A DNA stretch of 33,689 nt, taken from the IMG/VR virus record IMGVR_UViG_3300049202_000053, positions 1 through 33,689 of that record; one strand, given 5' to 3'. The notes below the pieces were generated by a model. That model did not search any database, was not told where the DNA came from, and saw only the letters and a program-made list of their open reading frames with translations. Positions 28,041 to 33,689 of the stretch are shown in pieces. Position 1 is the first letter of the stretch. The number at the start of each line of letters is the position of its first letter. Position numbers and translations under genes: made by a program. The DNA comes from a virus. Taxonomy: Duplodnaviria; Caudoviricetes.

Positions 28041-28582
28041 TATCCCTAAACGCCCAAACCATCCCGCTAAAAACCCTTCGGATCACAGCCAGCCAAGAGC
28101 TGGCGACCGAAGACGCCAGCGGCCAGAGCAGCAGCACGGATTCTGCTGAAACAGGCATGAAAGCCAAAATGCTTTCAGTGACTGGCTTTATCCCATTTGC
28201 CAAAGTCGAAATCCTGACCAACCTGTTCAAACTGGCCGAAGCCACCCAGGGCGGCGCGCGGGTAACGTACCGTATCGCCAACCGCACAGCCGAGGCTTTA
28301 GGCGTCAAAGAAGTGAAGTTCAGCAGCAGTATTGAAGCCGTGGAGCAAGAAAACACCCGCCAGTGGAGCATTAGTTTCACACTGGCGGAAGTGCGTAGCG
28401 TGCCACAGAAAAAAGAAGAACGGACACCACAAGCCGCCGCTGCACAACAAGGCGCAACAGGCCAAACGGCAGCCACCGAAGACGCACCGCCACAAACAGA
28501 AGTTCCGCTGACCGGCTTTACTGCATTTTTAAAGTCAGTTGACCAAAGCCTTGCACCGGCACCAGAAACGGGTAACGCCTAA
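28037..28582 (+). CDS. Baseplate/tail protein (gpU-like position)
   Basis: ATG at 28037 overlaps the fibre stop; ASGQSSST..AETG.KAK motif of HP1/K139-like phages. Confidence 0.75.
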   Translation: MISLNAQTIPLKTLRITASQELATEDASGQSSSTDSAETGMKAKMLSVTGFIPFAKVEILTNLFKLAEATQGGARVTYRIANRTAEALGVKEVKFSSSIEAVEQENTRQWSISFTLAEVRSVPQKKEERTPQAAAAQQGATGQTAATEDAPPQTEVPLTGFTAFLKSVDQSLAPAPETGNA

Positions 28583-29271
28583 TGGCCGAGCCAAACGCCA
28601 AATTTATCACCCGCGCTTACATTGGCAGCCAAAAAGTGGCGGTCAGTGATCATTGGGTGGTGCTGCAGGCAAAAAGCCCGGGCACCTGCCAGATAACTAT
28701 CGACAAACCAGCAGAGCGCCTCACACCAGTGGCGTTCGAAATGGGCTGGGGCGACATGATAGACCGGGTGTTTTTTGGCTATATCGAACGGGTAATGCCA
28801 GCAGCAAACGGCCACTACACCGTATTTTGCCGCGAACTAACATCAGGCCTTGCCAACAACCTAAGCGTAATGCTGCGACACCCCACGCTACGCCAGGTAT
28901 GCAGCGAAATAACCGCACAAACAGGCCTTGAGTTTGCACTACCTAAAAAGCCCTATGCAGACACCGCAATACCCTGTTTTTACTGCGACTGTTCCGGCTA
29001 TGCCATGCTGGACAACATAGGCCGCGCCTACAAAATTGCCGACTTTATCTGGCAACAACAGGGCAATGGCACAATCTATGTAGGCAGCCATGCCGACTCA
29101 TACTGGAACGGAAAAAACATAGCCATACCCCAAGGCCTGATGACAAACCAGCAAGGCGGCAAAACAGCCACCATACCAGCCACCCCAAAAATACGGCCCA
29201 ACGTAATAGCCAACGGCGCCAGAGTGCAAAAAGTAGAATTCAAAAAAACCGATATGCAAATAACGTGGTAA
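28582..29271 (+). CDS. Baseplate hub protein (gpD-like)
   Basis: FFGYIE, CREL, FIWQQQGNG.IYVGS; synteny. Confidence 0.7.
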   Translation: MAEPNAKFITRAYIGSQKVAVSDHWVVLQAKSPGTCQITIDKPAERLTPVAFEMGWGDMIDRVFFGYIERVMPAANGHYTVFCRELTSGLANNLSVMLRHPTLRQVCSEITAQTGLEFALPKKPYADTAIPCFYCDCSGYAMLDNIGRAYKIADFIWQQQGNGTIYVGSHADSYWNGKNIAIPQGLMTNQQGGKTATIPATPKIRPNVIANGARVQKVEFKKTDMQITW

Positions 29272-29281
29272 GGGGGTAAAC

Positions 29282-30019
29282 GTGGAAGCCGCAATTAAAA
29301 AAATACTACTTCGCCTGTTCCCCGAGCTATCAGCACAGTTGCACCTGCCGCGCTGGGGCGAAGTGATCGCACTGCCAGAACTGCCAACTGAAGAAGGCGA
29401 GCGCGGCAGCGACCCGTTTTACCCACGCTGGGCAGTCGACGTACAACTGCTGGACGAAAACGGCACCGCCACCAAATCCAAAGTACTGCAAGCCGTACCA
29501 CTGCCATTGATGGGCGCAGGCGACAAAGCAGGGCACATGCAACCGCCAGCCATCGGCAGCATTGTCGAAATAGCCTTCGCCTATGGCCGCCCGGATAAAC
29601 CATTTATTCGTACAGTTCTGCCGTATGGTTTCAACTTGCCGCCAATAAAAGAAGGCGAAGCACGCACCCAAACCAAAGATGGCGTATACCAGCAAATAGA
29701 CGCCACCGGCAACTTTGAAAACAAAACGCCAGAAAACCTAAAAGACATCATTGGCAAACTGGCAGAACTGCAATGCCAAACCCGCAAAGTAACGGCCAGC
29801 GCAGAGCAAGACCACCGCAGCCCAAAAACATGGCTGGGTAGCGAAGGCGAAAACGTGCTTAAGTTACTGTCCGAACTGATGGCAACAGTAAAAGCACTAG
29901 CCACCGAATGCGCAGGCCATACTCATGCAGGGCCACCACCTGATCAGGCCGCCGCATTCACCGCCAAAGCCAACGAAGCCCAAGCACAAAAAGACAGGCT
30001 CGACCCAATCACCAAATAG
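29282..30019 (+). CDS. Baseplate spike protein (gpV-like)
   Basis: DPFYPRWAVDVQLLD, VEIAFAYGRPDKPFIR; C-terminal HTH (HxH) metal-binding tip. Confidence 0.75.
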   Translation: MEAAIKKILLRLFPELSAQLHLPRWGEVIALPELPTEEGERGSDPFYPRWAVDVQLLDENGTATKSKVLQAVPLPLMGAGDKAGHMQPPAIGSIVEIAFAYGRPDKPFIRTVLPYGFNLPPIKEGEARTQTKDGVYQQIDATGNFENKTPENLKDIIGKLAELQCQTRKVTASAEQDHRSPKTWLGSEGENVLKLLSELMATVKALATECAGHTHAGPPPDQAAAFTAKANEAQAQKDRLDPITK

Positions 30020-30169
30020 CCAGCCACAACTACGCTTCAGCACAGTCAAATTCATCTACATAACCAGGACACAAAGCCGAATATAACTACGCTGGCCACA
30101 GCAAAAACATGCTGCAGTGTAGTTGTATTTGTCTGTGCATTCCGGCACCAATAGCCATCCACAACTACA
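30015..30169. repeat. Array of six 20-bp NRYAG-N10-CTRYR palindromes
   Basis: Units start at 30015, 30041, 30072 (one mismatch), 30097, 30118 and 30150. Confidence 0.8.
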
Positions 30170-30188
30170 GTCGACAACAAAAGCCAAA

Positions 30189-30362
30189 CGTGACCATGCC
30201 GGCCGATAAAACCGTGACTGGGCTCAGGCAAACCAGTGTGACAAAGCCAGGTCATTTTAGCGTGACTTGGCCAGAGCAATTGTGACCCGACGGTCGATGC
30301 AAAGTGTGACAAGACGTTCGGAAAAAAATGTGACTATCCGGGTAAACTATCCGTGACCCAGC
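30189..30362 (+). repeat. Array of eight YGTGAC-N4-C direct repeats, ~24-bp period
   Basis: GTGAC at 30190, 30214, 30238, 30262, 30282, 30306, 30330 and 30353. Confidence 0.9.
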
Positions 30363-30386
30363 TCAAGGCAAAAGCCGTCCCTAAAC

Positions 30387-30415
30387 TTGAACAATAAAAC
30401 TAAAGCGGCTAGTTT
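30387..30415 (+). promoter_or_regulatory. Candidate sigma70 promoter of the moron
   Basis: TTGAAC-17 bp-TAGTTT. Confidence 0.5.
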
Positions 30416-30452
30416 AAGCACTCCTTGGGGGAACAATGAATAAGGGATATTC

Positions 30453-31475
30453 ATGGCACAGACGAAATCAATTACAGGTAAGGCAGATTTTGAAAAGTCG
30501 ATCAATTCACTGATAGGCATTATTGAAGGCATTACCTTAGACGGAAAAGTAAATAACACAGAGATACAGTTCCTTGAAAACTGGCTTAGCGACCATCGAA
30601 TAAAAAGAACAGTTCACCCGTTCAGTGAGTTGTTGCCAGTAGTTGAGCAGGCCATACAGGATAACGTCGTAACACTGGATGAAATAGAAGACATCAAGTG
30701 GTTATGCAACAAACTAACATCAAGCGAATACTACAGCTCATTTACTGCCGACATGCAAAGGTTGCATGCAGTCATTGGTGCAATTGGTGCAGATGGAGTG
30801 ATCACAGAAAAAGAGCTAAGAGGGTTAACCAAATGGCTGAAAGAACATAAGCACCTACAAAAAATCTGGCCTTACGAAGAAGTACATACGCTGATCACAA
30901 CAGTAATGGCAGACAAAAAAATTGATGCAGAAGAACATAAACAACTGATGAAGCTATTCGGCGAGTTCGTATCTATATTCGACAATAAAACCATCGTAAA
31001 CCCAGCGGTCAAAGAAAAAAGCAGCATAGGAAACTTATGTGCAGTTAATCCAGTAATTAACTTTGAATCGGTATTTTGCCTAACAGGCGAATCAGAAAAG
31101 TACAGCAGAACGGAGTTTAAGTGGATTATTGAACAGCTCGGCGGTGGCATTGCAGATTCTGTCCATCAGGGTGTGGACTACCTAATTGTAGGCGGGAAAG
31201 GCAGTAAAGACTGGGCCTTCGCCTGTTACGGTAGAAAAGTTGAGGCAGCAGTAATGCTAAAGAAAAACGGCCACCACATCACTATCGTGCACGAAAGCGA
31301 TTTCCACAAAGCGGTGGCATCACACAAACCAAACGCTATTGAGGTGCCTTGGCGAAAAGAGCCAAGTCGAAGCAAAAAGAAGCCAGAAGAGAATACCAAT
31401 ATTAAAGAAACAAGAAATGGCTGCCTAGTTTTGATAGTTGCCATATTCTTAGTGGCATGGTGTTCAATGCCATAA
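30453..31475 (+). CDS. Moron: duplicated TerB-like helical domain + BRCT domain + C-terminal TM anchor
   Basis: Two repeats of G.I..DG.(V/I)...E...L..WL; BRCT FCLTGES..SR...IEQLGG..V..GVDYLIVG; hydrophobic C-terminus; AT-rich. Confidence 0.8.
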   Translation: MAQTKSITGKADFEKSINSLIGIIEGITLDGKVNNTEIQFLENWLSDHRIKRTVHPFSELLPVVEQAIQDNVVTLDEIEDIKWLCNKLTSSEYYSSFTADMQRLHAVIGAIGADGVITEKELRGLTKWLKEHKHLQKIWPYEEVHTLITTVMADKKIDAEEHKQLMKLFGEFVSIFDNKTIVNPAVKEKSSIGNLCAVNPVINFESVFCLTGESEKYSRTEFKWIIEQLGGGIADSVHQGVDYLIVGGKGSKDWAFACYGRKVEAAVMLKKNGHHITIVHESDFHKAVASHKPNAIEVPWRKEPSRSKKKPEENTNIKETRNGCLVLIVAIFLVAWCSMP

Positions 31476-31501
31476 ACCACCAAAACACAACCTCACTCAG
31501 G

Positions 31502-31538
31502 AAAAATGGCCGCCGCAAAATGCGGCCATTTTTATTTT
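31502..31538 (+). terminator. Rho-independent (bidirectional) terminator
   Basis: AAAAATGGCCGC-cgcaaaat-GCGGCCATTTTT followed by ATTTT. Confidence 0.85.
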
Positions 31539-31714
31539 CCACTCCACCAGCTACAGCAGTCGGCAACACGATAGCTGTACGGCATCAAACAAAGCGACTC
31601 AATGAGCGGCACCACCACGCAACAAACCAACAAAGACAGCAGCGAACGAAAGTAGGGCGCTGATCACGCCTCACAGCCAACCACAAGCGCGAAAAGGGCG
31701 CATTTGCACCGCAT

Positions 31715-31980
31715 CACGGAAACCAGCGCCAAGGGAAAACCCCGCCACGGAATCCGCACTCTTCCTCACCCTCCTGCGCGCTCTGTTTTTGCGTTTTTTT
31801 TCAGTTTTTTGCCCCTACAGTCCATAACCGCAGGCCGCGCCATTTCTAAAGGCTTGCGAGGATCTGAGGATCTGAAAAGAGTGCTGTTTTTTTCAGTGTT
31901 TTACAGTTTTGCACAGCGTAGTTGGTGGCATAGTGAAAAACTAAGTGCATGAAATAAAAGCGGATTCCGTGGATTCCGTG
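31715..31980. other. Candidate cos/packaging region
   Basis: CCCCGCCACG at 31740-31749 (revcomp CGTGGCGGGG, like the core of P2/186-type cos). 13-bp inverted repeat CCACGGAATCCGC (31745-31757 / 31960-31972). Position near att as in HP1. Confidence 0.45.
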
Positions 31981-32173
31981 AGGTTTTAGGAACTGCCTTA
32001 ATTTTGACGTGAATTTAAAACGGTAGGAATAACAACAACTTAACCGAAAACAAAACTGAAATAAAAAACGGGTGAAAAGGATCATGTGGCGTCGCTTGCC
32101 AGGTGAATAACATCAAAGAAAACAAGAAAAGGCCACGGAAAATACTGCAAGGCTTCCATGGCCAGAAAGAATT

Positions 32174-32686
32174 TTAACCGCTTTTACTGTGCCCGGATAA
32201 ATCATTCACCAGCATAGTAAGGCTGTGGGCGGTATTAACCAGCGCCTGCAGTTTGTCGGATGATTGCATAGTCTGAATTTTGACATTTAACGCCTTAAGA
32301 CTTCGGGTTGTTTGCGCAGCTGACCACTTATAACGCCACAACATAGCCAAATCACCGGCAGTACATCGGCCATATGGCGTATGCAAAACACCATGTTCAT
32401 CTATACGCATATCAGCCCAACCGTTTGCATACGGCAGATAGCCAGCAAAATGGATATTTAAATGGCGGTGAGCAGCAGGGTGAGGTGTGTTACTTGCGAA
32501 CCAACGCCTGCAGGTTCGGGCCGAAACTCCAAAGAATTCAGCCGCCCGATCATGATTGCTTTCATTGATACCGAACACAACCAGGTACATTTCGCAGAAG
32601 TCATTTAGCCTTTCACCTTTGTTACGACGTGTAGAGTTAGTGTTTTTACCTTTATTTTTTGCACTCTCTATAGACTGTGTTTTCAT
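32174..32686 (-). CDS. HTH + DUF3653-like protein, XafT-like Xer activation factor candidate
   Basis: HTH: DRAAEFFGVSARTCRRW. DUF3653-like: GWADMRIDEHGVLHTPYG...DL. Start lies ~190 bp from the dif-like site. Confidence 0.7.
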   Translation of the reverse strand: MKTQSIESAKNKGKNTNSTRRNKGERLNDFCEMYLVVFGINESNHDRAAEFFGVSARTCRRWFASNTPHPAAHRHLNIHFAGYLPYANGWADMRIDEHGVLHTPYGRCTAGDLAMLWRYKWSAAQTTRSLKALNVKIQTMQSSDKLQALVNTAHSLTMLVNDLSGHSKSG

Positions 32687-32876
32687 TAGCTTAGCCTTAC
32701 TTATTCCATGTAGTTATAAAAAACGGGTTCTTCCCGCTAAAAGTTAACTGCATAAAACAGGCCTTATCACACGCTTTTTAACTAAAACCATCAAAACCCT
32801 AAGTTAGGTAAATTATGAGTGTTGGGGGCGCTCATAAAAAAACCAGCATAAACAGCAGATTCAACCTAAATAAGAC

Positions 32877-32904
32877 ATTTAACATAATAATCATTATGCG
32901 ACAT
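32877..32904 (-). other. dif: dif-like XerC/XerD recombination site (probable prophage att junction)
   Basis: Minus strand ATGTCGCATAA-TGATTA-TTATGTTAAAT versus E. coli dif GGTGCGCATAA-TGTATA-TTATGTTAAAT. The XerD arm is identical. Confidence 0.9.
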
Positions 32905-33110
32905 TAAGCATGCTGTGGTTAAAAGGGGTATCTCTATATTTATCAATCAGATATCTAAATCCACATGACTATTGTTCTGCTGCTTATATGCTATTACTTG
33001 CGATATAAATCTTTCTTTGCAGCGTTAAACTCGTTAATTAGAATACATGCATAAGCTAAACAGGAAAACCATACATATCAACCTATATGGTTTTCATATC
33101 AAGATGAAGA

Positions 33111-33689
33111 TTAATTGCGTGAAATCAGTTTAATACCATCGTCGTAACATTCAGTTGTTTTGCCTGAATCCGATATCACCTGGATATGATCAAAACCACC
33201 GGCTGGCGCAGACTTCTCCAGCAAGTCGGTAAAATCATCAGCTATGTCGCTGATTTCATCTCCTTTTTGTTCTAAAGCTGCGAAATGTGGTCTGTGGCGT
33301 TCTGTGATTTCATGAATTTCTTCGGCTAATTTGTGCTGTTCAGCCATTTTAACTTTATCTATACGAATACTGTGTTCATCTTCCTGATGCACAAGATCTG
33401 AAAGCTCAGCCATACGTTCGCTGTGTTGCTCCATTTCTGCTTCAAAAGCTTTTAAAGGTAAATGCAGCTCTTCCATTTGTTGCTCAACAGCTTCTAAGCG
33501 TTGGTAAGCCGCGAATTCATCTGTGGTCATAGCGCGCTGCTGTATAACTTTACAGTTTTTGATAAAAGCAATTTGTTGAGGTGCTGAGGTAACACTTGCC
33601 GAAGCGGTTTCAGCCTGAGCTGTACAACCAGCAGTGATTGCAATAGCGACGGATAACAAAGTGAAGGTCAATGATTTTTGAAATTTCAT
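33111..33689 (-). CDS. Probable host lipoprotein or exported helical protein
   Basis: Signal peptide with lipobox-like ITAG/C; lies beyond dif; AT-richer codon usage than the phage core. Confidence 0.7.
   Translation of the reverse strand: MKFQKSLTFTLLSVAIAITAGCTAQAETASASVTSAPQQIAFIKNCKVIQQRAMTTDEFAAYQRLEAVEQQMEELHLPLKAFEAEMEQHSERMAELSDLVHQEDEHSIRIDKVKMAEQHKLAEEIHEITERHRPHFAALEQKGDEISDIADDFTDLLEKSAPAGGFDHIQVISDSGKTTECYDDGIKLISRN

Larger units (their letters stand above)
1..32904. mobile_element. P2-superfamily (HP1/K139-like) temperate myovirus prophage; right end at a dif-like site, left end outside the window
   Basis: Complete syntenic set: gpA Rep, Ogr, portal and terminase on -, scaffold, capsid, M, L, R, S, sheath, tube, lysis, tape measure, baseplate and fibre on +. 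HP1-type order, with lysis genes between tube and tape measure. Confidence 0.95.

Noticed and set aside
30189-30362. CRISPR array
   Set aside because: The conserved core is only 5-6 bp with a 24-bp period; there is no full-length repeat and no cas gene.
32812-32842. Hairpin TTATGAGTG...CGCTCATAA as a terminator or CTX-type folded attP
   Set aside because: No U-tract follows it on either strand, and no second inverted dif-like arm pair was found nearby.

Overview
Most of the window (1 to ~32900) is an apparently intact P2-superfamily, HP1/K139-like myovirus prophage. It is followed by one probable host lipoprotein gene. Gene order: small inovirus-type (DUF3693-like) repressor; early operon of small Cys-rich proteins; Dam-like and C5 methyltransferases; gpA rolling-circle Rep with an internal ori; a third (N6-adenine) methyltransferase; Ogr; portal, terminase and capsid; HP1-type tail; pesticin-like lysin; an SGNH-esterase tail fibre; a TerB-like/BRCT moron; a cos-like region; and an HTH+DUF3653 (XafT-like) gene ending at a 28-bp dif-like XerCD site (32877-32904). 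No integrase is seen, but the left end of the prophage lies outside the window. Main unexplained signals: (1) a tailed phage that appears to integrate through host XerCD at dif using an XafT-like activator; (2) two dispersed repeat families, 20-bp NRYAG-N10-CTRYR palindromes clustered on the third methyltransferase and YGTGAC-N4-C direct repeats with 24-bp period; (3) a small terminase subunit with no ATG or GTG start for its N-terminal part, apparently made by -1 frameshifting at A_AAA_AAG; (4) a 14-bp repeat that could act as an antisense switch on the repressor RBS. Family assignments come from motif recognition and synteny, not database searches.
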